NCBI GenBank assembly: GCA_034437835.1
Contig: DAOTTP010000335.1
Span: 23,663 to 87,662, forward strand
Reading direction: 5' to 3'
Length of the DNA stretch: 64,000 bases
Source of the DNA: Anaerolineae bacterium
Lineage (GTDB): Bacteria; Chloroflexota; Anaerolineae; Aggregatilineales; Phototrophicaceae
The notes under the pieces are model-generated. The model was not told where the DNA came from and did not search any database. It saw nothing but the letters and a program-made list of their open reading frames with translations. The position numbers were made by a program, and so were the translations under genes. This document shows, one piece after another, positions 47,257 through 57,481 of the stretch; within the stretch, counting starts at the first letter, position 1; every line of letters starts with the position of its first letter.

Positions 47257-48315
47257 TTAGCGGTATGTCCCGCTGCTGTAGACGAATACCGACGGCCCGA
47301 CATCATCTGGGACGGTGTAGTCAAATTCAGGCGACGACCAGTCAAACAACCACTTGGCGTCCGTGATAGATAGGTTGACACAGCCGTGACTGCGGCGATA
47401 GCCAAACCCGTCATGCCAGTATGCGCCGTGCAGCGCGATGTCGTTATCAAAATACATCGTCCACGGGACTTCTTGCAGGTAGTAGAAGTCCGGCAAGCCA
47501 TAAGCGCCCGCCATCACGGTGCGTTGGAAGCGCACATAAATATTGAACAACCCTTCATTGGTCGGCCAATCGGCCATACCGGATGAGACCATCGTCGAAA
47601 AGACTGGGCGTGTCCCCTCATAGGCGATCAATACCTGCTCAAAGAGGTCAACACTGACCCAACGCTCGGTGTTGACGCCTTCTGGTCGCTCAACTGGCTT
47701 AATCATAGCGACCTGTACCTGTTTGACCCATTGATTATCGCCAACCTGATACCAATCCCAACCATCGACAGCGACAGTGCTGTATATGTTGACCAGCGTA
47801 TAGCGAAGCATCAATGGATTGGCGTCTGTAAATTCACCACCCGGTGTCAGCGCCGGACGTACATGTATCAAAAGCCACGCCACGGGGTATTTTAGACCCT
47901 CCTCCGGTAGTGTGACGCCCGAATAGCGAGATGTGGCGACTTCATCGGTAAGGACGTCACTTTTGAGCCACTTACCGCTGGCGGTGCGCGTCCAACCGCC
48001 TTCCTCGGTGTTTGTGGTCACGAAATTGAATCCGCTTCCCAGTGTTTCAACCACATTTCCATTGGGAGCATCGAATAAATCGGTTGCGCCAGTCACTCGG
48101 CGATAACGCCGATCAAAGATAATCCCGTTATCGGGGTAAAGGGTGTTGACATTTGGCGCGGGGAAAGCCGCGATTTCTTCGGTGGAAAGGCCAAAGTCGC
48201 CGGTTTCACAATCCACTCCCACTGAGCATGTTGGTGTATCAGAAGCACGAGCGGTCTGGGTATAGAAAAATGCCGATAGCACGATAAGAGAACTTAAGAG
48301 GATTGCGCGTCTCAC
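47257..48315 (-). CDS. L,D-transpeptidase (YkuD family), exported
   Basis: ALHGAYWH..FG...SHGCVNL; signal peptide. Confidence 0.92.
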   Translation of the reverse strand: MRRAILLSSLIVLSAFFYTQTARASDTPTCSVGVDCETGDFGLSTEEIAAFPAPNVNTLYPDNGIIFDRRYRRVTGATDLFDAPNGNVVETLGSGFNFVTTNTEEGGWTRTASGKWLKSDVLTDEVATSRYSGVTLPEEGLKYPVAWLLIHVRPALTPGGEFTDANPLMLRYTLVNIYSTVAVDGWDWYQVGDNQWVKQVQVAMIKPVERPEGVNTERWVSVDLFEQVLIAYEGTRPVFSTMVSSGMADWPTNEGLFNIYVRFQRTVMAGAYGLPDFYYLQEVPWTMYFDNDIALHGAYWHDGFGYRRSHGCVNLSITDAKWLFDWSSPEFDYTVPDDVGPSVFVYSSGTYR

Positions 48316-48557
48316 GATTTAGCTCCGAAATACCAATAGCTGAGTAGATACGATAAGCATACGCTATACACATGAATTGCCTCAACCACGCTAAGCTGAC
48401 AGATACGATACGGCTCTTATACGGGTGCTATACGCCCGAAATTTGCCCCTAAAACCGACAATCCTTATACTTGTCTCATCGGGTGGGTTCCCGCATAGAT
48501 GTGAAGTGCGCTAAACTATGCTTGTGAGCGTGAAAATCCAACACCTTTAGGAGGGGT

Positions 48558-49973
48558 ATGATGCGTCGCCACGTAAGATTGAAACTGCTCGTGCTTATGG
48601 TTATGGTTTGCATTATGTCGCTGGCGGGCATTGCCAGCGCAGCGCCGACATCGCAGGATGCGCGATATACGACGCCGGTTGTCGTGGTCAACACCAGTTT
48701 CTTGAATATCCGCACTGGGCCGGGTATCCAATATTCCGTGTTGATTACGGTTGTGGGCGGTAGTACGTTGCCGGTGCTAGGGATTGCGCCGGATGGTGTC
48801 TGGTTCCAAGTCTCTACCCAAGCCGGGGTAGGGTGGCTAAATTCCCAATACGGGCTTCCTCGCGGTAACTTCCAATATGTGCCGCAGGTTGAAGCTCCCA
48901 CCATCACTCAAGCCGCCGTCGCACCTAGCTTCACTGGTGGGGCAGGCGCAGCGGATGATGGCGCGGCAGATGTCGGGTTCTCTTCTGGTCGTCAATGGGG
49001 TCTGTCCGTTATCACGGGTCATGATGTCCACACGACGGCTGGTCTTTCAGGGGCAAGCATCGGTTTCCTCGACAGCAATGGTGTGATTTATGCAGTAACC
49101 AATGCCGCTTCTGCAGATGGCGTGTCATGGGTACAAATCAGTGTGCCGGGGATGGGTTTGGTCTGGGTTGAACTATCCAAGTCCATTTTCCGCCCTTATG
49201 GGTGCAGCTTCAGCGTGGTTGTGATGACCCAAAGCCGAGACCTTTCGGTTGGCCCTGATGGTACGGGCGGGGACAAAGAGAAGTCGATTGCAGCGGGTCA
49301 AGAAGCCTACCTATTGGACATCAAAGGCGGCCTGTATAAGATTGAACTTATGAGTGGTGCAATTGGTTGGGTTGATAGTATGTCTCTCACCATTCGTGAC
49401 GCCTCAAAGGTTCAAGCGCCTGCCTGTGTTAGTGCAGTAAGCGTTGTAACAGAAGGTACAGGCGCAAGTGGTGAGGGTGTGGGCAGAACGACCCCGACCT
49501 TTGCCGGTGCTTATGTCGTGGTCAACACAGGGTACTTGAATATCCGCTCCGGCGCTGGCGCACAATTCAATAGTGTTGCAAGTGTGCCGGGTGGTACACG
49601 TTTTGCCGCCGTCGGTTTCGCGCCGGATGGGGTCTGGATTCTCGTCTCTGGCGACTTTGGACGTGGTTGGGTCAACAGTGATTACGTGTTGTTCCGGGGC
49701 GACGCCAGCAGCCTCCCAGTTATCACCAATACAGGTGGTGAGACCGCGTTGCCGGTTGCACAATTGAGCCGCACCATTACCTTGTATGCCGCGCCGAATT
49801 TGACTCTGGGCATCGTTGGTACATTGAGCGCGCCGGGCGAATATACAGTGATTGGTCGGACTCCAGACTCGCTCTGGGTTCAACTTACGACCCCCGTCGG
49901 CATCGGTTGGGTTCAAGCCGACTTCGTAGTTGTGAAAGGGAATACCGGCCTAATCCCTGTGATTGGTAGCTAA
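48558..49973 (+). CDS. Secreted multi-SH3b domain protein
   Basis: Signal peptide; internal repeats VVVNT.LNIR.G.G..Y/F...APDGVW...GW; AGGAGG SD. Confidence 0.85.
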   Translation: MMRRHVRLKLLVLMVMVCIMSLAGIASAAPTSQDARYTTPVVVVNTSFLNIRTGPGIQYSVLITVVGGSTLPVLGIAPDGVWFQVSTQAGVGWLNSQYGLPRGNFQYVPQVEAPTITQAAVAPSFTGGAGAADDGAADVGFSSGRQWGLSVITGHDVHTTAGLSGASIGFLDSNGVIYAVTNAASADGVSWVQISVPGMGLVWVELSKSIFRPYGCSFSVVVMTQSRDLSVGPDGTGGDKEKSIAAGQEAYLLDIKGGLYKIELMSGAIGWVDSMSLTIRDASKVQAPACVSAVSVVTEGTGASGEGVGRTTPTFAGAYVVVNTGYLNIRSGAGAQFNSVASVPGGTRFAAVGFAPDGVWILVSGDFGRGWVNSDYVLFRGDASSLPVITNTGGETALPVAQLSRTITLYAAPNLTLGIVGTLSAPGEYTVIGRTPDSLWVQLTTPVGIGWVQADFVVVKGNTGLIPVIGS

Positions 49974-50001
49974 ATCCCGTCAGTTTTTACCATACGTTTT
50001 C

Positions 50002-50036
50002 CACGCGCCCTGTCGAAATACAGGGCGCGTGTGTTT
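50002..50036 (+). terminator. Hairpin terminator after the SH3 protein
   Basis: CACGCGCCCTGT-CGAAAT-ACAGGGCGCGTG-TGTTT. Confidence 0.7.
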
Positions 50037-50081
50037 GCGGTCATACGTCTAACATATTTCACTGGAAGGGCGATTTTACTC

Positions 50082-52118
50082 ATGATAAATAAATATGCGG
50101 CAATCCTCAAAGGGCGGGAACAAGAAGAATCGTCCGATGTGGATTTGGCGTCTAACAATGCGATTTTTGGCTCAGTCGGACGCATGTCGTCGGCCATCGA
50201 ATCGCATGATGATACACATCGAATTTCTATCTACCCGTGTAGTGGGGCAGGGGAGGCAGGGATGGGCTTACTCCTAATGTTAGGGCATCTATTAGCGGGC
50301 GCTGATAATATCGAGGTTTATCCTGTCTTGTTCCGACTGGACGACGATCAGAAGATAAGCGATGCACCGTTTACCCCCGATGAATGGGTTTTGGACGACT
50401 TGAATGATGACACAGCCATCTGGGGGAGTCTGACACAGAATGATGCTCAGGGTTGGACACTGCGCGTTATGGTTGAAGATGACGCTGCCGATGGACAGCT
50501 ATCGACCTTTGAAAAAACGGCTGACAATTGGTGCGACCTCGTTAATATCATCGTTGACCTCGCCGGAGAGATAGCAGACGATTTGGGGCTGCACCGTCAG
50601 TTTTCCTATCCGGCCAAACTCACTACAGATGTAGCAGATGAAGACGTTAAGGCATTTAGCGCGGCATTATTCGCGTTCCAGCGCGACATCTTGAAAGCGG
50701 CGCTAAATGAGACGGGCCTTGAAGATTTCCCCTCATCGTCGCAATTACTACAAGCGGCCAATCGTGTAGGTTTGCCGCTAACGACATGGAGTGCGGCGGC
50801 GACACTGGGATATGAGACGGTCTTACGTGACCATTTAAGCTTGCTTGGCGATGGCGAATCCTATCAAACCTACCCAGAAAAGCTTGCCCATTGGGAAGAC
50901 GGGGCAGCCATCTTTAGTTTTACGGTCATGAAAAATGACATCTCAGACCCTCAAGCATCAGCGGCGTTAACATCATGGTGTTTGGAACAGCTTGAGGCCA
51001 TTGCTACATCTTCGACGAATATCACGACCAATTGGGTCGCGCTTTCTATCTTCTATAACAAGCTGAAACGTCCTGATTTAGCGATTGATGTCTGCCAACG
51101 CGCATTAGAAGCCGATATTCGGGAAGACATCATCTACTTTGCGTATGCCGATGCATTAGCTGGTGTCTTGGAAGCCGGTTTCAAGGTAGATCGTCTGGTT
51201 TTGACCCCCACAGATGCCCCTGAAGAATCACAAGTTCAGTTAGAACGTGTCTTGAGCCTTGAATTGGGCATTGGTAACAATCCTAAATCGAACGCTGAAC
51301 GCCTATCTCAATATGTGATTGAGGCGGCAAAACATGAGAAATTGTCTGAAGTCCAAGTCGCGTTTGAACGTCTGGCTGAAAACGACGCTGATGGGAAGTT
51401 TATGGAGATCGTCATCCAACAATTAGCGCATTTGGATGACATTGATTGGATGTTGAACCCACTGGAAAAGGCGACGGTAGGGGGTAGTTTCCAGCAATGG
51501 GTGAATCTGGCTAAGGCTTCATTGCTGGCGGGACATGAGGAACGCGCCAAAACAGCGGCCGAAAACGCCTTAGAGGCTGCTAAAGAGTTCGCTCAGCGCG
51601 CTGATGCCCAATTGGTGTTGTTGGAGCTAGAAACACCCACCTTACAGTCCGATTTCGCGGATATTTTAGGGCGACTCCAACAGAAGGGTGGGGAGGCTTT
51701 CGAGAGCGACTTGGAATTCTTGGAGTATGTCGTCGAAAACGCCCCTGATTACGCAGAAGGGTACTTGGCGCTTGCGATGGCCTATCGCGGCTTAGATGAG
51801 CCAAACACGGCGTTGGAAGTGTTGTTGGATGCTGAGAAGGCGGCGAAGACGCCGGAAATTTATCTCGCCTTAGCAGAACTTTTTGAGCAGGAAGATGAGT
51901 TAACGCTTGCGATAGAAAACGTCCAGAAAGGATTAGACCTTGCTCCGGCCAATGTACCATTGTTGGCACAGGCGGCATTGTTGGCATATCTATCTGATGA
52001 TGATGAGGCATCTCAAGTTTTGTTGCGTCGAGCGCACGCCATCAGCCCGTATCATGCCCGTATCGTTGCTGTCACGCGTCGCATCCAAGATGAAGAGCCG
52101 GATGCGGATGATGAATAG
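50082..52118 (+). CDS. Large acidic TPR-containing protein
   Basis: C-terminal TPR units (EGYLALAMAY, EIYLALAELF); ATG 50082 preferred over the GTG inside the upstream hairpin. Confidence 0.75.
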   Translation: MINKYAAILKGREQEESSDVDLASNNAIFGSVGRMSSAIESHDDTHRISIYPCSGAGEAGMGLLLMLGHLLAGADNIEVYPVLFRLDDDQKISDAPFTPDEWVLDDLNDDTAIWGSLTQNDAQGWTLRVMVEDDAADGQLSTFEKTADNWCDLVNIIVDLAGEIADDLGLHRQFSYPAKLTTDVADEDVKAFSAALFAFQRDILKAALNETGLEDFPSSSQLLQAANRVGLPLTTWSAAATLGYETVLRDHLSLLGDGESYQTYPEKLAHWEDGAAIFSFTVMKNDISDPQASAALTSWCLEQLEAIATSSTNITTNWVALSIFYNKLKRPDLAIDVCQRALEADIREDIIYFAYADALAGVLEAGFKVDRLVLTPTDAPEESQVQLERVLSLELGIGNNPKSNAERLSQYVIEAAKHEKLSEVQVAFERLAENDADGKFMEIVIQQLAHLDDIDWMLNPLEKATVGGSFQQWVNLAKASLLAGHEERAKTAAENALEAAKEFAQRADAQLVLLELETPTLQSDFADILGRLQQKGGEAFESDLEFLEYVVENAPDYAEGYLALAMAYRGLDEPNTALEVLLDAEKAAKTPEIYLALAELFEQEDELTLAIENVQKGLDLAPANVPLLAQAALLAYLSDDDEASQVLLRRAHAISPYHARIVAVTRRIQDEEPDADDE

Positions 52119-52119
52119 G

Positions 52120-52731
52120 CTAGGGTAGGCGTTCGAAAACCAAATCGCCTGATGTCAGATCGCGAAGTCGTAAATAGAGGTCATCCAGACGGTCTGCGAT
52201 GACTTCTACTTCAATCTCTACAGAATCGGTGAAATTTTCGCGTAGGATTTCTGCACCAACTTCTGCCAGAATGCGTTTTACGACGGTATAGCTTGAATAA
52301 GGGAGAAGGGCGGTTGCTTTTGCCCTCTCGATTTTCAACACACGGGGAACTTTTTGGAGTGCTAATGTCGCCGCTTCACTATAAGCGCGTACCAGACCGC
52401 CGGTTCCCAATTTCGTACCCCCAAAATAGCGTGTGACGATGACCAATGTGTCGCCGAGATCTGCACCACGGAGTACAGCCATGATTGGCGGTCCTGATGT
52501 GCCGGATGGTTCACCATCATCACTGAGACCTTCAATGACGGACGCGCCATGTCCAACACGAAATGCGTAAACATGGTGATTCGCGTCAGACATTTCGAGT
52601 CTGCGTTGCGAAAGCAGATTCCGCGCAGATTCGACTGATTCAACAAAGTGAATCGTGGCAATGAATCTCGAACGCGAAACCTCGGTTTCAATCGTCACAG
52701 ATTCGGATGGTATGAAATAAGGTTTTTGCAT
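52120..52731 (-). CDS. yigZ: IMPACT/YigZ family protein
   Basis: SRFIA, DANHHVYA, SDDGEPSGTSG, VTRYFGG.KLG.GGLVRAY. Confidence 0.93.
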   Translation of the reverse strand: MQKPYFIPSESVTIETEVSRSRFIATIHFVESVESARNLLSQRRLEMSDANHHVYAFRVGHGASVIEGLSDDGEPSGTSGPPIMAVLRGADLGDTLVIVTRYFGGTKLGTGGLVRAYSEAATLALQKVPRVLKIERAKATALLPYSSYTVVKRILAEVGAEILRENFTDSVEIEVEVIADRLDDLYLRLRDLTSGDLVFERLP

Positions 52732-52845
52732 TCAACACCCCATTTACGATCATTTACCATCCAGAGTGTATATCTCAAGTTGATGTATGGTCAATTTTAA
52801 ATTTGTATTTGATAATGGCCCTTATCAAAAGTAATTAGATAACCC

Positions 52846-52876
52846 AAAAGCGGTTGATAATTTATCAACCGCTTTT
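52846..52876 (-). terminator. Perfect inverted repeat, probable terminator after the iscA-like gene
   Basis: AAAAGCGGTTGATAA-T-TTATCAACCGCTTTT. Confidence 0.75.
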
Positions 52877-52897
52877 AGAGCTGACTATCTTATGGGA

Positions 52898-53326
52898 TTA
52901 GTGACTGCAAGACGAGCAACCGCCGCCACTGCTTTCACCGCCGCTACCACTCGAACTCTTGAATGAGTGACCGCAGCCGCAGCTTGAAGCTGCGTTCGGG
53001 TTGTCAATGCGGAAACCGCCGCCCATTAAGCTATCTACGAAGTCGATGGTTGCGCCAAGCAGATAATTCATGCTGTTGGAATCAACCACGAGGCGAACGC
53101 CATCGGTTTCGACCACGGTGTCATATTCTTCTGGCCCAGCCTCGAACGCCATGCCATATTGCATCCCAGAACAGCCCCCGCCCTGCACGAAAACGCGCAA
53201 AACATAGCCCGGAATACGACGTTGCTCAAGTAGTGTGTGGATGGTAGAAGCAGCCGCTTGGGTCAATGTGAGCGTCGGAACGGTCACTTGTGGGATGTTG
53301 ATGAGTTCTTTTTCAAGCAAATCCAT
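52898..53326 (-). CDS. A-type Fe-S cluster carrier (IscA/ErpA/HesB family)
   Basis: LRVFV.GGGCSG.QY, GGGF.IDNPNA..SCGCG.SF. Confidence 0.95.
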   Translation of the reverse strand: MDLLEKELINIPQVTVPTLTLTQAAASTIHTLLEQRRIPGYVLRVFVQGGGCSGMQYGMAFEAGPEEYDTVVETDGVRLVVDSNSMNYLLGATIDFVDSLMGGGFRIDNPNAASSCGCGHSFKSSSGSGGESSGGGCSSCSH

Positions 53327-53416
53327 GTTGTATCTCCCCTATCCTGTTGCGCCAATCATACAATAGATTCTACCGAATTACGGTAGATTGGTCAATAAGT
53401 CTAATCTTTATCTGGT

Positions 53417-54049
53417 TTATTCCACCATTGTGGAGATGTCGAACCAGTATGAACATGCGGTATCTCCCCCTGCAATCCGGGTCAAACGTTGCGGCTGCGC
53501 TCCAACCAACCCGGCAATCAAGCTCATATCCATCGTACAAAGATGCTCAGTTTGATTGGCGATGTCGTGATATGGACATTGGCTAGTGGTCAGCACAAAT
53601 CCACGCTGTGCTGCCTCCCACGAGGCACTATAGCCACGTTGATTCAAAAACGCGACAACAGCATCAAAACGCTCTGCGACGGGTAAATGGCTGAAATGCG
53701 GGGCTTCTTGGGCGATTTGACTCCCCACTTCCGCCATTATTCTGCCGTTGGTGCTTGTATCGGCTTGAAACAGCTTGAGCAGCACATCCGCATAATTTTT
53801 CTGAGGGGCATTGGGTTGTGGTGTCAGCGAAAAGACATGCTGAGGACGCCCACGGGATGCACGTTCGAGGTGCTTTGGTTCCCCGATACTCCCCTCTTCC
53901 TGCAAAATCCCCAAATGATAACGTACTGTCACGGCGGAGATCTCGCGGGATGCGTTGTGCTGAATCTCTGTGACGATCTGATCGACAGTCGCAACACCGA
54001 GCCTGCTTAGGACATCTAAAATTTGTTTGCGCGTCTCGTGCATGACCAT
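53417..54049 (-). CDS. SufR-like HTH transcriptional regulator
   Basis: wHTH VRYHL..L...G, RGRP...F.LT, CPY...A......C...C Fe-S ligand pattern; upstream of iscA. Confidence 0.8.
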   Translation of the reverse strand: MVMHETRKQILDVLSRLGVATVDQIVTEIQHNASREISAVTVRYHLGILQEEGSIGEPKHLERASRGRPQHVFSLTPQPNAPQKNYADVLLKLFQADTSTNGRIMAEVGSQIAQEAPHFSHLPVAERFDAVVAFLNQRGYSASWEAAQRGFVLTTSQCPYHDIANQTEHLCTMDMSLIAGLVGAQPQRLTRIAGGDTACSYWFDISTMVE

Positions 54050-54183
54050 CCCTCACCGTCTTTTGATCTTTTACATATCGTAGATGCCCAGTAGTTGGGC
54101 TGTCAACACGTTGCAAAAGGTTTGGCTGCATGTTAGCATCCTTACTAACTTGTGCCAATCTTCACAACAAAGCCGATTTCAAC

Positions 54184-55020
54184 ATGCCACTGCGCGTTGC
54201 CTTCCAAGGTGTCCACGGAGCCAACTCCGAATTAGCCATACGCCAACATTTCGGCGATACCGCCGAAGCGATTCCTTACCCGTTGCTGGGAGATGTATTT
54301 CAGGCCATTCAGTCTAATCTCGTCGATTCTGCCCTCGTCCCGGTCGAGAATGCAATGGCAGGCGCTGTATCACAAGCCTACGAGTTGCTGATGGAATCCG
54401 ACCTGTTGATTCAGGCTGAGGTGATTTTGCATGTTCACCACGCACTGCTCGCCCCAGAAGGTGTCGTGATGGCGGATATAAAGCAGGCTCGTTCCCATCC
54501 ACAGGCTTTGGCGCAATGCGAAGAATTTCTACGCCGTCATAAAATTGAAGCCATCCCTGCCTATGATACAGCAGGCTCAGCGCGAGACTTGGCCGCCAGC
54601 CCTACGCCCGGCGTCGCTGCTATCGCAAGTTCATTGGCGGCAAAATTGTATGGCCTCAACACGCTCATGAGTGATATTGAGGATGTACAATACAATCTTA
54701 CGCGCTTTTTGTTGCTTGGGCATGACACCCCTCAAGCTGGCGATTACAATAAGACATCGCTGGTGTTCGCAACTCGTCACCGCCCTGCTGCATTATATGA
54801 ATGCTTGGGCGAATTTGCCTCACGCGGTCTCAATCTCACCAAAATAGAATCCCGCCCTCGACGCAACAAACCGTGGGAGCCATTGTTCTATTTGGACTTT
54901 GAGGGGCATTGGCAAGACCCAAACTGCCAAGCCGCGCTCGCGCAATTGCTTTTGCGCGCTTCCTTTGTGAAACTACTGGGGTCATACCCAGCGGTTCGGA
55001 ACAATTCAGTCGGTATTTAA
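54184..55020 (+). CDS. pheA: Prephenate dehydratase
   Basis: VAFQG..GA.SE, VPVEN, SHPQALAQC, N.TRF, ACT domain LTKIESRP. Confidence 0.95.
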   Translation: MPLRVAFQGVHGANSELAIRQHFGDTAEAIPYPLLGDVFQAIQSNLVDSALVPVENAMAGAVSQAYELLMESDLLIQAEVILHVHHALLAPEGVVMADIKQARSHPQALAQCEEFLRRHKIEAIPAYDTAGSARDLAASPTPGVAAIASSLAAKLYGLNTLMSDIEDVQYNLTRFLLLGHDTPQAGDYNKTSLVFATRHRPAALYECLGEFASRGLNLTKIESRPRRNKPWEPLFYLDFEGHWQDPNCQAALAQLLLRASFVKLLGSYPAVRNNSVGI

Positions 55021-55032
55021 GGAGAATCAAGA

Positions 55033-56103
55033 GTGGCCGCACGCAAGCTCAATGTCGCAATATTAGGCGCTACCGGCGCAGTCGGACAGAGATTTATCCA
55101 ACTGCTTGAAAACCATCCATGGTTTCAGGTCGCAGAGGTGGTTGCCTCGGAGCGGAGCGCTGGGCGAACTTATGGCGAGGCGGCACATTGGATTCTTGAT
55201 GGACAACCCCCTGCGAACATCGCCAAGATGATCGTGAAACCGCTCGGCGCACAACTCGACTCCCCGCTTGTGTTTTCTGCCCTGCCCAAAGAAGCAGCGG
55301 TAGATATTGAGCCGGAACTCGCCGCACGCGGGCATATCGTCGCGACCAATGCCTCGTCGCACCGTATGGCTGACGATGTGCCGTTGCTGCTCCCAGAAGT
55401 CAACGCGGAACATCTCGACCTCGTGCATGTGCAGCGCAAGAAGCGCGGTTGGTCTACCGGCGCATTGGTCGCTAACTCGAATTGTACGACTATGCCGGTT
55501 GTGATGGCGCTCAAGCCCTTGCTAAAATATGGCATCAAGAAAATTCACATGGTTAGTCAACAGGCCATCAGTGGCGCGGGCTATCCCGGTGTATCGTCTC
55601 TGGACATCATTGATAACGTCGTCCCATATGTCAGCGGCGATGAAGGCAAGATGGAAAGCGAACCGTTGAAGATGCTCGGCACATTCAATGGCGAAGGCAT
55701 TCTGCCACTTATCACCCGTGCCGGGGCGTCTTGTACCCGTGTGCCGGTTATTGACGGTCATCTTGTACACATCTCACTGGAACTTGAAGCCGCGCCGACC
55801 TTTGATGAAATCATCGAGACATGGACGAATTTCCGTGGGATTGACCCAGTACCGTCGTTGCCAACCTCCCCTGCCCGACCTGTTGAATATCTCACCCAGA
55901 TTGACCGCCCGCAGCCACGTCGTGACCGGATGATTGGTAACGGTATGGCGACTGCGATTGGGCGACTGCGCGAATGCCCGCTGTTGGGGTATAAATTTTT
56001 CGCGCTGTCGCATAACACCATTCGCGGCGCGGCTGGCAGCAGCATCCAAAATGCTGAACTGATGGCGGTTTGTGGGTTTATTGCGGATTTCTCGCCGTTA
56101 TAA
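55033..56103 (+). CDS. asd: Aspartate-semialdehyde dehydrogenase (archaeal/eukaryote-type clade)
   Basis: LGATG.VGQRF..LL..HPWF, NSNCTT, QAISGAGYPG, RVPVIDGH, HNTIRGAAG. Confidence 0.95.
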   Translation: MAARKLNVAILGATGAVGQRFIQLLENHPWFQVAEVVASERSAGRTYGEAAHWILDGQPPANIAKMIVKPLGAQLDSPLVFSALPKEAAVDIEPELAARGHIVATNASSHRMADDVPLLLPEVNAEHLDLVHVQRKKRGWSTGALVANSNCTTMPVVMALKPLLKYGIKKIHMVSQQAISGAGYPGVSSLDIIDNVVPYVSGDEGKMESEPLKMLGTFNGEGILPLITRAGASCTRVPVIDGHLVHISLELEAAPTFDEIIETWTNFRGIDPVPSLPTSPARPVEYLTQIDRPQPRRDRMIGNGMATAIGRLRECPLLGYKFFALSHNTIRGAAGSSIQNAELMAVCGFIADFSPL

Positions 56104-56170
56104 CCTACGAATCTCGCTAAGTTTGTGGCAAAATTCACGAGGTTGTCTAGCCGCAGAGGGACAAGTTCTG

Positions 56171-57481
56171 ATGGTGAAATTGTGGGAATATGCCAGCCTG
56201 ACGGCTGAGGAACGCGCACGCCTGATGCGCCGCGCAGAGCAAGACATCAGCGATTTGCTACCATTGGCACAAGAAGTCATCTCAAATGTGCGCCAGCGCG
56301 GGGATGAAGCGGTTGTCGAATATGCACGCAAGTTCGACGCGAAAGAATTTTCCGCTGAAATGCTGCGCGTGAAGCCAGAACAATTCACTGCGGCATGGGA
56401 GCGCGTCCCAGCCGATGTTATCGAGGCGATTAAACTCGCTTATGAGAACATCAAAATCTTCCATGAAGAGCAAATGCCGGAAGCGATGTGGTTTACCGAG
56501 GTGAAGCCCGGCATTATGGCTGGGGAGCGCATCACGCCGATAAGCAGCGCTGGGTTATATGTCCCGCGTGGTAAAGGTGCTTTTCCGTCAGTTATGCTGA
56601 TGTTGTGTATACCGGCAAAAGTTGCCAAAGTCCCGCGCATCGTCGTCGTCACCCCGCCTGCCCCGGATGGTCAACCTGACCCCGCTTCTTTGGTCGCGGC
56701 GCAGATTTGTGGGATTGATGAGGTGTATGCCGTTGGTGGGATGCAAGCCATCGCCGCGCTCGCCTATGGGACGGAAACCATCCCCAAGGTCGCTAAAGTG
56801 ACCGGCCCCGGCAGCAGTTATGTCTCGGCGGCAAAACGCTTGTTGTTCGGCACATTCGACGTGGGTCTACCGGCTGGCCCGTCTGAATCGATTATCTTGG
56901 CCGATGAGCATGTTGACCCCCGTCTTGCAGCGCTCGATTTATTGGTCGAGGCCGAACACGGGCCAGAGTCCGCCGCAATCCTCGTCACACACAGCCGTGA
57001 GGTCGCTGAAGCCGCACTCAAAATTCTGCCGGAATACATCGCTGAACTCCCAGAGTGGCGTCAGAAATTCGTCACCAATGTGCTGACCAACTACGGTGGT
57101 GTACTGCTGACCCGCTCGTTGGAAGAATCCATCGCGTTCACCAATGAGTACGCGCCAGAACACCTCGAATTGCTCACGCAAGAGCCTTTCGTCACCTTGA
57201 ATCAAATCAAGAATGCTGGTGAAATCTTGCTCGGCCACATGACGCCAATCCCGACAGCGAATTATGCGCTGGGGTTGAATGCGATTCTGCCTACCGGTGG
57301 ATTTGCCCGTACCTTCTCATCCGTGAGTGTGTGGGATTTTCTCAAGCGTAGCGGTGTCGGCTACTTGTCCAGACAGGGCTACGAGAGTTTGCAGGGCGCA
57401 GTGGCGACACTTGCCGATTATGAGGGATTCCCCGCCCACGCAATGGCTATCCGCAAGCGTAACGAAATCCTAGGGATATGA
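56171..57481 (+). CDS. Histidinol dehydrogenase-family protein with variant active site
   Basis: VR..GD.A, GLYVPRG, GG.QAIAALAYGTE, PAGPSE, EAEHG, APEHLE; start ATG 56171. Confidence 0.88.
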   Translation: MVKLWEYASLTAEERARLMRRAEQDISDLLPLAQEVISNVRQRGDEAVVEYARKFDAKEFSAEMLRVKPEQFTAAWERVPADVIEAIKLAYENIKIFHEEQMPEAMWFTEVKPGIMAGERITPISSAGLYVPRGKGAFPSVMLMLCIPAKVAKVPRIVVVTPPAPDGQPDPASLVAAQICGIDEVYAVGGMQAIAALAYGTETIPKVAKVTGPGSSYVSAAKRLLFGTFDVGLPAGPSESIILADEHVDPRLAALDLLVEAEHGPESAAILVTHSREVAEAALKILPEYIAELPEWRQKFVTNVLTNYGGVLLTRSLEESIAFTNEYAPEHLELLTQEPFVTLNQIKNAGEILLGHMTPIPTANYALGLNAILPTGGFARTFSSVSVWDFLKRSGVGYLSRQGYESLQGAVATLADYEGFPAHAMAIRKRNEILGI

